DNA from: Patescibacteria group bacterium
GTDB taxonomy: Bacteria > Patescibacteriota > Minisyncoccia > Phycocordibacterales > Phycocordibacteraceae
Length of the DNA: 47,579 nucleotides
NCBI GenBank assembly: GCA_018969385.1
Contig: JAGWYL010000004.1
Location: forward strand, 1 to 47,579
Reading direction: 5' to 3'
In this document: positions 1 through 7,913 of the stretch, one piece after another
Numbering within the stretch: position 1 is the first letter of the stretch
Layout of the letters: every line of letters starts with the position of its first letter
Notes under the pieces: generated by a model
Databases searched by the model: none
Seen by the model: the letters and a program-made list of their open reading frames with translations, nothing else
Told to the model about the DNA's origin: nothing
Position numbers and translations under genes: made by a program

Positions 1-2
1 AC

Positions 3-74
3 GGCCCGGTGGCGAAGTGGTAACGCGACGGTCTGCAAAACCGTTATGCGCGGGTTCAATTCCCGCCCGGGCCT
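3..74 (+). tRNA. tRNA-Cys (GCA)
   Basis: Acceptor GGCCCGG/CCGGGCC, anticodon arm ACGGT-CT-GCA-AA-ACCGT, T-loop GGTTCAATTCC; CCA not encoded. Confidence 0.95.
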
Positions 75-92
75 CACGTATACTGAAGATAT

Positions 93-181
93 GCCAAGGT
101 GGCGGAATGGTAGACGCACAGGACTTAAAATCCTGAGAGGGCCTAAAAACCTTCATGTGGGTTCGAGTCCCACCCTTGGTA
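93..181 (+). tRNA. tRNA-Leu (TAA)
   Basis: Acceptor GCCAAGG/CCTTGGT, anticodon arm CAGGA-CT-TAA-AA-TCCTG, long variable arm, GGTTCGAGTCC. Confidence 0.95.
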
Positions 182-238
182 CAAATATAAAATGTGTTAG
201 ATTATGAAAGTTCCTTCGTTCGGTTCTTATCCTCACTT

Positions 239-311
239 GCACCTATAGCTCAGTTGGTAGAGCAGCTCCCTCTTAAGGAGACGGTCCCTGGTTCGAGCCC
301 AGGTAGGTGCA
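239..311 (+). tRNA. tRNA-Lys (CTT)
   Basis: Acceptor GCACCTA/TAGGTGC, D-arm GCTC/GAGC, anticodon arm CTCC-CT-CTT-AA-GGAG, GGTTCGAGCCC. Confidence 0.92.
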
Positions 312-333
312 CAACTTGGTATAGTGTTGGAAC

Positions 334-415
334 GCTGGGGTGGCGAAATTGGTAGACGCACTAGCCTTAGGAGCTAGCGCCGCAAGGCATGGAGGTTCGA
401 GTCCTCTCCCCAGCA
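334..415 (+). tRNA. tRNA-Leu (TAG)
   Basis: Acceptor GCTGGGG/CCCCAGC, anticodon arm CTAGC-CT-TAG-GA-GCTAG, variable arm, GGTTCGAGTCC. Confidence 0.95.
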
Positions 416-442
416 CAAGACGAGCGGAAAGGCACCGCCATT

Positions 443-464
443 CCACCGCGTAGCTACGCGGTGG
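443..464. repeat. Perfect 22-bp palindrome
   Basis: CCACCGCGTAG|CTACGCGGTGG; core CGCGTAGCTACGCG nearly identical to the core at 28709-28722. Confidence 0.9.
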
Positions 465-480
465 TACGCCGCTCCAGGCA

Positions 481-1422
481 CGTATTCTAATCAATAGCTT
501 GGAAACACTTTAAGTATTTAAGCGGCGTGGAAAGAGCGAGTCCGAAGTGATGCCGCTCGCTGTTGTACCAAGGAATATATGCCCCAAGAGCCTTGTTGAA
601 GGCTTCAGGCGTCCGCTCGACCTTGTCCAAGCACTCTTCCTGGAGCGTCCGGTTAAAGCGTTCGATATGGGCATTGTCGTTCGGTTTGCCGATACGGGAG
701 TGACGGTGCTTCTTCTGTGCTCGCTCGACGAACCACTTCCCAAACTCCGGCCCGTGGTCGGTTTGCAGCATCTCGAAATGGAACGGAGCCTGTGCTTGTG
801 CCTCTGCAAGGAAGCGCAGCGTGATGGCCGCATTCATGTGCGGGTATGTCTTGGCGTATGCCCAGCGGGAATATACGTCGATCAGGGTGAAGGTGTACAT
901 GCGCTTCTTGAGGTCGAGCATGGTATGGATGGTATCCAGTTGCACCAAGCTGCCAGGCCGCTCTGCGAGCGGCCTCTCCACATGCGGATGGAAGCGTTTC
1001 CAGGGACTGCGCTTCTTCAAGAGTCCCGTACGGTCGAGCGTGCGCTTCACTGTGGTGAGTGATACCAAGACCCCTTGCTCCTTCAGGATTTGATGGACCA
1101 CTTCAGCACTCCTCTTCACTCTCAATCGTGTACTGAAAATCTGCCAGACCAGTTCGTTCGAAATCTGCTTTGGGTGATGCCTGGGCTTCGATGATTTTGT
1201 GGGTATGGGATGCTCGCCAATGCGCATGGCCTTCCGCATCCGCTTCGTGATGGTGCCGGGCGAGACGCCAAAACGTCTCGCCGCTGTGCGCACGCCGTGC
1301 TTCTTGGCGAAGGCGGCGGCATCTCTCCTGACTCGGGGAGCACGGGGATTGTCGGTATATGCCATGAGACTTGGAAACGGCTGTTAAGGGCACAGGTGTT
1401 TCCAAGCTATTGAACCATTACG
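481..1422 (-). mobile_element. IS481-family insertion sequence (942 bp)
   Basis: Perfect 18-bp IR core TCAATAGCTTGGAAACAC (491-508) / GTGTTTCCAAGCTATTGA (1396-1413); ends CGTA...TACG; flanking direct repeat CAGGCA at 475-480 and 1423-1428; single DDE transposase. Confidence 0.9.
487..1365 (-). CDS. IS481-family DDE transposase (rve core)
   Basis: N-terminal HTH (AARRFGVSPGTI); catalytic motifs QLDT, QTDHGPEF, NAHIERFNRTL, YNSERHH; stop lies inside the IR. Confidence 0.92.
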   Translation of the reverse strand: MAYTDNPRAPRVRRDAAAFAKKHGVRTAARRFGVSPGTITKRMRKAMRIGEHPIPTKSSKPRHHPKQISNELVWQIFSTRLRVKRSAEVVHQILKEQGVLVSLTTVKRTLDRTGLLKKRSPWKRFHPHVERPLAERPGSLVQLDTIHTMLDLKKRMYTFTLIDVYSRWAYAKTYPHMNAAITLRFLAEAQAQAPFHFEMLQTDHGPEFGKWFVERAQKKHRHSRIGKPNDNAHIERFNRTLQEECLDKVERTPEAFNKALGAYIPWYNSERHHFGLALSTPLKYLKCFQAID

Positions 1423-1428
1423 CAGGCA

Positions 1429-1457
1429 TTGACTTTTCGTATTTATGTTGCTATACT
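1429..1457 (+). promoter_or_regulatory. sigma70-type promoter for 1548 operon
   Basis: TTGACT-N17-TATACT with extended TG, starting immediately after the IS target duplication. Confidence 0.65.
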
Positions 1458-1547
1458 TTCCTGCAGAGGGCGTAGTGTCTTTGACGTCCCGAAAACAACA
1501 GCATCAACCACTGTTCCGGCGCTGCCGGACAAACGACGGAGCAAGTC

Positions 1548-2939
1548 ATGTCAACAAAGCGCATCATCATCGCGATCGCCGTGCTGGCGGTCATCGGGTA
1601 CTTCTTCTACGCAGGCGCGGGCTGGGCTATCGCCGACTTCGTGCTCATCGCGCTCATTGCGGCATCCGTGCCGTTCATCCTCCCTGTTCTGGCGAAGATG
1701 AACGCCGTGGTGACGTCCACCAAGGAAGGGACAGGCAAGTTCATCATGATAGGCGGTCCTAAAGGACGCGTGCATCATATGATCGCGAACCTTCGCGGCT
1801 TTCATGTGAACGATCCCGCGGCACCCTGGTATGAGGAGGCGAAACAGGACTACCACATGCTTCCGAACCAACACGGCGACGAGTACTACGACTACCACGC
1901 CCCCCAGTTCCTCCGGCCGCTTCTGAAGCATCTGGGGCTCTACTGGGTCGGGTGGCCGTGGCAAAACTATGCGGTCTATGTCTACGACTTCGACTGGAAC
2001 GAGCTCGTCACCGACGAGCGAGGCCATCAGAAGTTGCGACACCGCGTGGAGAAGTCCGACTTCGGCTACCTCATCGACTTCCCCTATGTCATCGTCACCC
2101 CTGATATCGAAACGAAAGGCGGGGAAAGCGACAAGGAAAAAGGAGACGAGGTCGATTCCGACAAAGATGCGGACGGAATCGGTCCGACCGTCGATATGCT
2201 GGGGGTGTACCCCTTGCAGATCACGAACCTCTACCGGGCCTTCTTCGAGACCGAAGATTGGCTCACGTCGACTTCGGCCGCAATCATCCGCGCAAGCCGC
2301 AACTACGGCGGCGCACGGACGTATTCCGAGCTTAAGACGGAGGTCGGAACCGATACGCCGGAAGCGTACACCACGAAGATAAGCGACCTCAACAGACTTT
2401 TTCCGGGACAGGCCATCGCCCTTCCGGAAAATGAGCGCGGCCTGGGCGCATACGGCGTCAAGGTGAAAATCAGCAACATCCAGAACGTCGAGCTGTCCGC
2501 GGGAGCAAGCGCGGAACTCGGGGCTGCGGTGACGAGGAAGTACGTCGCGCGCCAAGAAGCGGGCGCGACGAGAATCGAAGCCGACGCCAAGGCGTATGCG
2601 ACCCGTGCAGTCGGTGCGGCGGATGCGGATGCTGAACGGTTGCGCGGGAAGGCGAAGGCCTTCTCGAACCTCCAGCAGCTCCGCGTCCTCCTTGCAGGCG
2701 GCAATCGCGCGGTATTCCTCGAGCAACTGAATGCGATGAGGAACCCGAGCGAAGGTGAGAAAATAATCTGGGCGAACAATCCGTTCGTCAAGATGATTCC
2801 CGGGCTTGGAGAAGCCCTCGAAGAATCGGGAGCGAAAACTCCGGAGGACGCGAAGGCAATCCTCTCCAACCTAGACGACTTGGAGCGCGGACTCGCGCAT
2901 AACCTGTCCGCGGCGGAAGCCGCCGCGGCAAACCCATAG
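1548..2939 (+). CDS. Membrane protein, probable SPFH/band-7 superfamily
   Basis: Two N-terminal TM segments; 'YGVKVKISNIQNVEL' followed by an Ala/Glu-rich coiled segment (EADAKAYATRAVGAADADAERLRG) as in SPFH proteins. Confidence 0.6.
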   Translation: MSTKRIIIAIAVLAVIGYFFYAGAGWAIADFVLIALIAASVPFILPVLAKMNAVVTSTKEGTGKFIMIGGPKGRVHHMIANLRGFHVNDPAAPWYEEAKQDYHMLPNQHGDEYYDYHAPQFLRPLLKHLGLYWVGWPWQNYAVYVYDFDWNELVTDERGHQKLRHRVEKSDFGYLIDFPYVIVTPDIETKGGESDKEKGDEVDSDKDADGIGPTVDMLGVYPLQITNLYRAFFETEDWLTSTSAAIIRASRNYGGARTYSELKTEVGTDTPEAYTTKISDLNRLFPGQAIALPENERGLGAYGVKVKISNIQNVELSAGASAELGAAVTRKYVARQEAGATRIEADAKAYATRAVGAADADAERLRGKAKAFSNLQQLRVLLAGGNRAVFLEQLNAMRNPSEGEKIIWANNPFVKMIPGLGEALEESGAKTPEDAKAILSNLDDLERGLAHNLSAAEAAAANP

Positions 2940-2948
2940 GGGGTAGTC

Positions 2949-3728
2949 ATGGCAACGTTCCTCTTAATCCTGTTCCTCGTCGGCGCATCCATCATCGCTG
3001 TCGGCATTTCCGTGTACAGGAACGGACGGCAACGCGGAACGGCACCGCCTGCGCCGCAAAACGGCGCAGGCGGTGCCCCCACCCTGTTCGGCATCGTCAC
3101 CGAACGCGCCGGGCGCTGGAACATGCTCTACTGGGCGCTCGGCGGCATCCTCGGCTTCGTGCTCCTCTTCGGACTCCTCGGTTGGATTCCGACGCCGTCG
3201 CCCGAGGGCGTGGTGGAGTGGTCGGGAGGCGCGTGGCTATTCGTCATCCTCGGGCTCGGTTTCGCCGTCGCAGCGACAAGCGGCGGAAAGACCGGTTCGG
3301 TGAGGGCGAAGCTGCACATCCTCTCCTGGGCTTTCGTGGCCCTCTTCCTGCTTGCGATGCTCGGCACCTTTGCCGAGTCGATGCAGATGCAGCAAGCTGC
3401 CGAGGCGGTGAAGACTCGGGCCGCGCTCGTTGCGGTCCAGGAGGCGAATGCCGACCTCGCGTGCGACGGACAGGAACGTAACGTATACGTTCCGCCGCAC
3501 GTGAAGCAGCATTCGCGCTTCATCTTCACCGGGAACACGGACATCGTGCCGACCATCCCGTTTACGAGCGGGCGGTACGCCGTCTGTACCGACTACGACG
3601 TGTGCTACACGTCGGACACGCCGGTCGACAAGATGCAACCCGCGCCGCGCTGGTACTTCAAGACCACGCACGCGGGTGACGGCTTCAGTATGGGATACCA
3701 CTGCATCAAGAAGGGTGATGCATCCTGA
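2949..3728 (+). CDS. Hypothetical membrane protein (about 4 TM, Cys-containing C-terminal domain)
   Basis: 9 nt after the upstream stop; hydrophobic segments; GC3-rich codon usage. Confidence 0.75.
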   Translation: MATFLLILFLVGASIIAVGISVYRNGRQRGTAPPAPQNGAGGAPTLFGIVTERAGRWNMLYWALGGILGFVLLFGLLGWIPTPSPEGVVEWSGGAWLFVILGLGFAVAATSGGKTGSVRAKLHILSWAFVALFLLAMLGTFAESMQMQQAAEAVKTRAALVAVQEANADLACDGQERNVYVPPHVKQHSRFIFTGNTDIVPTIPFTSGRYAVCTDYDVCYTSDTPVDKMQPAPRWYFKTTHAGDGFSMGYHCIKKGDAS

Positions 3729-3755
3729 GCCGGATGTTTTCGGGTCGATGAGAAA

Positions 3756-3820
3756 GTCCGCCGCGCCATAATGGCGCGGCGGACAAAGGGGACTGCCGCT
3801 TGCGGGGTCCCTTTTCTTTT
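3756..3820. terminator. Palindrome plus bidirectional terminator between convergent genes
   Basis: 14-1-14 palindrome GTCCGCCGCGCCAT-A-ATGGCGCGGCGGAC (3756-3784), then hairpin AAAGGGGAC..GTCCCTTTTCTTTT. Confidence 0.7.
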
Positions 3821-3831
3821 TATGCGAGAGC

Positions 3832-4098
3832 CTATGCCGGCGGCGTAATGCCGAAGGTCGCGAGCGCTATGGAGAGTATCGCTTTGGCGCCGAAGATGAC
3901 GACGAGGCCGACGAGGCCCCAGATGAGCTTCTTCTTCCCCTCTTCGCGCTTGCTCTCGTCGCCCGCGTTCATGATGAACTCGACGCCGCCCCACAGGAAT
4001 AGGACGAATGCGGCAAGCGCGATGAGCGTGATGAGCGGGTTCACTATCGCCCCTTCGACATTCGCGAGGAAGGTGGCGGGAGTCAGTGCTGCAGCCAT
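3832..4098 (-). CDS. VirB2/TrbC-like pilin 5
   Basis: TM-[AGDESKREEGKKKLIWGLVGL]-TM signature; start chosen 7 nt after TGCTATGAT. Confidence 0.8.
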   Translation of the reverse strand: MAAALTPATFLANVEGAIVNPLITLIALAAFVLFLWGGVEFIMNAGDESKREEGKKKLIWGLVGLVVIFGAKAILSIALATFGITPPA

Positions 4099-4111
4099 GC
4101 TGCCTATCATA

Positions 4112-4145
4112 GCAGAAGCCCCGCGAAATCTCGCGGGGCTTCTGC
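4112..4145. terminator. Hairpin downstream of pilin 4
   Basis: GCAGAAGCCCCGCGA-AATC-TCGCGGGGCTTCTGC, 15-bp perfect stem. Confidence 0.6.
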
Positions 4146-4172
4146 ACATCGGGGGGACGGAGGGTCCTCGGA

Positions 4173-4535
4173 CTAGTACGGACCGTTCGACGTGTACGGA
4201 GCCGTCGGGTACGTGGCGGCGGTGTTGTTCAGGTTGAAGGTTCCGCGGATGATGTTCACGAGTCCCCACACGGACACCATCACGAAGAAGCCGATGAGGC
4301 CCCAGAGCATGAGGGACTTGCCGTTCTCCTTCGCCTCTTCATCGGACGCGCCCTGGATGAAGTAGCGGAAGACGCCGAAGATGAAGACGATGAACGCGAT
4401 GGCGAACAGCACGGGAACGGCGACATTGTTGATGAGGCCGATGATGGTGTTGCCGAGGTCGGAAGCGTTGCTGATCTGGGCGAACGCGAGGAGCGGGAGG
4501 AAAAGTCCGGCACCGATGTAAGCGAGTTTCTTCAT
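4173..4535 (-). CDS. VirB2/TrbC-like pilin 4 (candidate major pilin)
   Basis: Signal peptide ending AFAQ; TM-[ASDEEAKENGKSLMLWGLIGFFV]-TM; own TTGACT-N16-TACCCT promoter candidate (4588-4561). Confidence 0.85.
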   Translation of the reverse strand: MKKLAYIGAGLFLPLLAFAQISNASDLGNTIIGLINNVAVPVLFAIAFIVFIFGVFRYFIQGASDEEAKENGKSLMLWGLIGFFVMVSVWGLVNIIRGTFNLNNTAATYPTAPYTSNGPY

Positions 4536-4630
4536 AGGATGATTTATTGCTAGTGACTTAAGGGTAACCGGTTTCGAGCGTTAGTCAATGCGGCGAGGAC
4601 GATAGTGTGGAAAACGATTTCCAGAGGAAA

Positions 4631-5107
4631 TCAGCCGCCCTGTGTCGTGTTGCAGTCGCTCGAATTGCCGAAACAGGGCAGGCTCGGCTTCGACTGGTCA
4701 TTGAAGCCGAACGTGTTGTTGACGACATTCACGATTCCCCAGATGCCGAACATGACGAAGAAGCCGATGACGGCATAGAGGATGAATTCGCGGCCCGTCT
4801 CGCGCTTCGACTCGTCATCGGCACCCTTGATGAAGTAAAGGAAGATGCCCCAGAGGAAGGCGATGAAGGCGATTGCGAATACGAGCGGTACGACGTCGTT
4901 GATGAGCGTGATGAGCGTCTGGAAGAGTTGGGAGAGATTCTGCGGCGTGGAGGGGGTGAGATTGCTGTAGCTCACGCACTGCCCGTTCAGGTTGCAGTCC
5001 TGGCCAGAAGGGCATTCGGCGTTCGTGGTACACGCGAAGGCGGCGGACGGGGCGAAACCGACAAGCAGTGAGAAGAATAGGATACCGATGACGACTGTCG
5101 TGCGCAT
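4631..5107 (-). CDS. VirB2/TrbC-like pilin 3 with Cys-rich extensions
   Basis: Signal peptide, CTTNAECPSGQDCNLNGQC module, TM-[ADDESKRETGREFILYAVIG]-TM, C-terminal Cys pair. Confidence 0.82.
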   Translation of the reverse strand: MRTTVVIGILFFSLLVGFAPSAAFACTTNAECPSGQDCNLNGQCVSYSNLTPSTPQNLSQLFQTLITLINDVVPLVFAIAFIAFLWGIFLYFIKGADDESKRETGREFILYAVIGFFVMFGIWGIVNVVNNTFGFNDQSKPSLPCFGNSSDCNTTQGG

Positions 5108-5191
5108 GGGCAATGAGGTAATGCTGGTACCGAGTAAGTGTAGCACCGTTAATAGGCCGAGAGTCCCTTCATGGGGACAACCGCGAAGCGC

Positions 5192-5527
5192 CTAGCCGGC
5201 GATGAAGAGCGTGTTGAGAAGCAGGTGCACCATGCCCCAGACGCCGAAGATGACGACGAGCCCGACGAGGCCCCACAGGATGAAGCCGCGCGCCTCTTCC
5301 CTGCCGCGTTCCTCGCCGGCCTTTATGATGAAGTAATTCAGCATGCCCCAGAGGAAGGCGAGGAAGGCGGCGGCGTAGAGGAGCGGGATGAGACCCTTGT
5401 CGACGACGCTGACGATGGCGCCCGTGAAGCCGGAGAAGGTCTGCGCCTGCGCCGCCGCCGCGGCAGCGGGTACCGCGCCAAGAATCGCGGCGACGGCATA
5501 GGCGGCACGCCGAGGAAGCCGAGTCAT
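5192..5527 (-). CDS. VirB2/TrbC-like pilin 2
   Basis: Signal peptide; TM-[AGEERGREEARGFILWGLVGL]-TM. Confidence 0.82.
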   Translation of the reverse strand: MTRLPRRAAYAVAAILGAVPAAAAAAQAQTFSGFTGAIVSVVDKGLIPLLYAAAFLAFLWGMLNYFIIKAGEERGREEARGFILWGLVGLVVIFGVWGMVHLLLNTLFIAG

Positions 5528-5528
5528 G

Positions 5529-5969
5529 CTATCCGCCGCTTATCGCGGTCACCGTTCCCTGTATGAGGAGATAGATGGCGTTCGCGCCGAGCAGGAGCAG
5601 CCCGCCGATGACGGTGTAGATGAGCGCCTGCCGCGCCTCGCGTATCTTTTCCTCCTTTCCCTGCGCGGCGACGAACAGGAAGCCGGTATACACGAGCGCC
5701 AGCACCACAAGGACGTAGCCCACGGTTCCGAGCGCCGTAAGCACGGTCGTGACGAGATTCGGAAGCGATGAGTTCGAGCCGAGCGGGTTCTGAAGCGTCG
5801 TGTTGCCGCCATTCGTGACCGGCTGGCTGTTCGGCGTGCCGCCGTTCGTGACGGGCTGCGCGTGCGCCGCCGCAAGAGGAAGGCTGCACATGATGACGCT
5901 CATGAATGCGAAAAGGAGGATGGCCGCCGCAAACGGGGAGACGGAGGTTTTGAAATGGGTTCCGTGCAT
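5529..5969 (-). CDS. VirB2/TrbC-like pilin 1
   Basis: Signal peptide ending AHA; LQNPL motif; TM-[AQGKEEKIREARQALIYTVIG]-TM; ATG 1 nt after the SBP stop. Confidence 0.82.
   Translation of the reverse strand: MHGTHFKTSVSPFAAAILLFAFMSVIMCSLPLAAAHAQPVTNGGTPNSQPVTNGGNTTLQNPLGSNSSLPNLVTTVLTALGTVGYVLVVLALVYTGFLFVAAQGKEEKIREARQALIYTVIGGLLLLGANAIYLLIQGTVTAISGG
5805..5858 (-). repeat. Internal duplication encoding QPVTNGG twice
   Basis: 21-bp copies at 5805-5825 and 5838-5858 (period 33) differing only at synonymous sites. Confidence 0.8.
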
Positions 5970-5970
5970 A

Positions 5971-7269
5971 TCAGAGGTTCTTGAGGGCGGCGTCGAGCGA
6001 AAGGCCCGCCGAAATGAGGGCATTGTCCGCCGTCTCTCTGCCGCTCGTCACGTCGTTAATCATAGCAGCGAAGATGGCGTCGGTCGTCGCGCTCGATGGG
6101 GACAACCAGGCCTTCGCGATGAGCGCCTCCGGATAGAACACCGCCTGGTACGGGTCGGCGGGGTCCGGGGCGAGGAGCGCCGTGCTCGCAGGCGCCGTGT
6201 GCGTCGCTTTCGCGATTGCCGACATGGATGCGCTCGCGGAAAGCGCCTCTGCAACCGTAAATGCGCCGCTGGGGTTCTTTGACGCGGACGGGAACATGAA
6301 GGCGTACGCGAGCGCGTAGTCGGCCTTCACGCCGCCTGCGGCCGCCTGCGGGATGGGCGCCATGTCGAAGTGCAGGTTCGGATTCGCCGCGGAGAGCGAC
6401 GGGACTTCCGACGCGAATCCGGGGTAGAACGCGAGGTTTCCCGCAAGGAAGAACTGCCGCGAGTTCGGCAGGGACGGGTTCCAGGAGTAAACGGACTTGG
6501 CGGCGTCCGCGAACTGCGTATAGAAGCGCACTGCGGCGGTCGCAGGCGCCGTCTGCGCCGAGCCGCCTGCAGGCACGAGTGCGGAGCGCATGCCGCCGCT
6601 CGCGGACATCATGGTCACGGGCGAACCCGCCTGGAGGATGAGGAGGGAGAGGATGGAAGCGGCGTGCTCGACATTGCCGTACCCGCCGAACGGGATGGTG
6701 CTCTGCTGTATCGACTGCGCGTTCGTCTGCTTCGTGAGGAGCGGGACGAGCCCGGCGAACTGCTCCCATGCCGAGGGCGGAGCGGCAACGCCCGCGTCCT
6801 GCAGCAGCGTCTTGTCGTAATAGAGCACCATGGGGTCGACGACGAGCGGCACGCCGTACGTGCCTGTCTGCGTGAGATAGATGCCGAAGACGCCTTCATA
6901 GGTATTGAGGAACGTGCGCTGCGGGAGCGACGCGTACGGGATGACGGCGAGCTTGTTCGCAAGCGGAAGCAGCAGGTCCTGCGAAGCAAGGACGAGGTCC
7001 GGGCCCTTCCCCGTGGCGATGGCCTGCGCGAGGTCGTCGTTAAGCGTCGCGGGGTCCTTCTCCACATACGTGACGTTCTTATACGCGGTATTCGTCTTCG
7101 CCTCGTCCGCGATGGCGGCCTGCATCGCCGCTTGCGGCAGCACGCCCCAGATGAGCACGGTGCCGATGCTCGAACCGCCGCTTCCGCCGGTGAAGTTCGC
7201 GAAGACATAGAGACCGGCGAGCGCGAGGAATCCGAAGATGGCGACGACGACGAGCTGGAAGGGTTTCAT
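5971..7269 (-). CDS. Extracellular solute-binding protein, family 1 (sugar-SBP-like), N-terminal TM anchor
   Basis: GKGPDLV, YGVPLVVDPMVLYYDKTLL, PPSAWEQF, FLAGNLAFY motifs. Confidence 0.85.
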   Translation of the reverse strand: MKPFQLVVVAIFGFLALAGLYVFANFTGGSGGSSIGTVLIWGVLPQAAMQAAIADEAKTNTAYKNVTYVEKDPATLNDDLAQAIATGKGPDLVLASQDLLLPLANKLAVIPYASLPQRTFLNTYEGVFGIYLTQTGTYGVPLVVDPMVLYYDKTLLQDAGVAAPPSAWEQFAGLVPLLTKQTNAQSIQQSTIPFGGYGNVEHAASILSLLILQAGSPVTMMSASGGMRSALVPAGGSAQTAPATAAVRFYTQFADAAKSVYSWNPSLPNSRQFFLAGNLAFYPGFASEVPSLSAANPNLHFDMAPIPQAAAGGVKADYALAYAFMFPSASKNPSGAFTVAEALSASASMSAIAKATHTAPASTALLAPDPADPYQAVFYPEALIAKAWLSPSSATTDAIFAAMINDVTSGRETADNALISAGLSLDAALKNL

Positions 7270-7288
7270 ATCCGCAGTTCGGGAATCC

Positions 7289-7819
7289 TTATGGCGCGGT
7301 AAAGACGATGCCGTAGTGATGCGGCCCCGCGCGGAAATCCTTCAGCTTATGGAATCCGCCGCCGATGAAGAGGTCTTCGGCGGCATACTCCGTTACGACG
7401 CGGTCGCCGGACGGTCCCATGCCGCCGTACGCGCCCGCCCAGTCGATGACGAGGAGCTTCCCTCCCGGACGCAGGATGCGGCGGATCTCCTTCACCGCCT
7501 CATCGCGCCGTTCGAGCTGGAAGAGCGTATTCGAGAGGATGACGGCGTCGGCGACATGGTCGCGCAGCGTCGTGCCGCCGACCTTCTCCGCGTCGCCCCA
7601 TATCGTCTCCACGTTATGGAGCCCGCGCTCCTTCGCGTGGTCGCGCACGTGCTTCAGGATGTCTTCCTGCACGTCGACGGCGTAAACCTTCCCGTCCTCG
7701 CCGACGATGTTCCCCGCCGCGACGGCGTAGTGGCCGGAACCCGCGCCGATGTCGCATACCCGCATGCCCTCGCGCAATCCGAGCTGGAGTATGTTCGCCT
7801 TCGGGTCGCTGAAATCCAT
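7289..7819 (-). CDS. Class I SAM-dependent methyltransferase
   Basis: VCDIGAGSG motif I, VYAVD, RILRPGGKLLVIDW; start 6 nt after TGCTATCGT. Confidence 0.9.
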   Translation of the reverse strand: MDFSDPKANILQLGLREGMRVCDIGAGSGHYAVAAGNIVGEDGKVYAVDVQEDILKHVRDHAKERGLHNVETIWGDAEKVGGTTLRDHVADAVILSNTLFQLERRDEAVKEIRRILRPGGKLLVIDWAGAYGGMGPSGDRVVTEYAAEDLFIGGGFHKLKDFRAGPHHYGIVFTAP

Positions 7820-7913
7820 ATCGATACGATAGCACGCGCAGGAACGCGGCGTCCGTGCAATCAACATCCCGCGCCGCTCCGCGGCGCGGGAACGGAAGTG
7901 GTATGCTCTCTCG

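Noticed and set aside
257-282. G-A mismatch at the base of the tRNA-Lys anticodon stem as a pseudogene sign
   Set aside because: Non-canonical 27-43 pairs occur in functional tRNAs and the other arms are intact
3832-5969. Conjugative element or prophage around the pilins
   Set aside because: No relaxase, VirB4/VirD4, integrase or phage genes; codon usage is host-like
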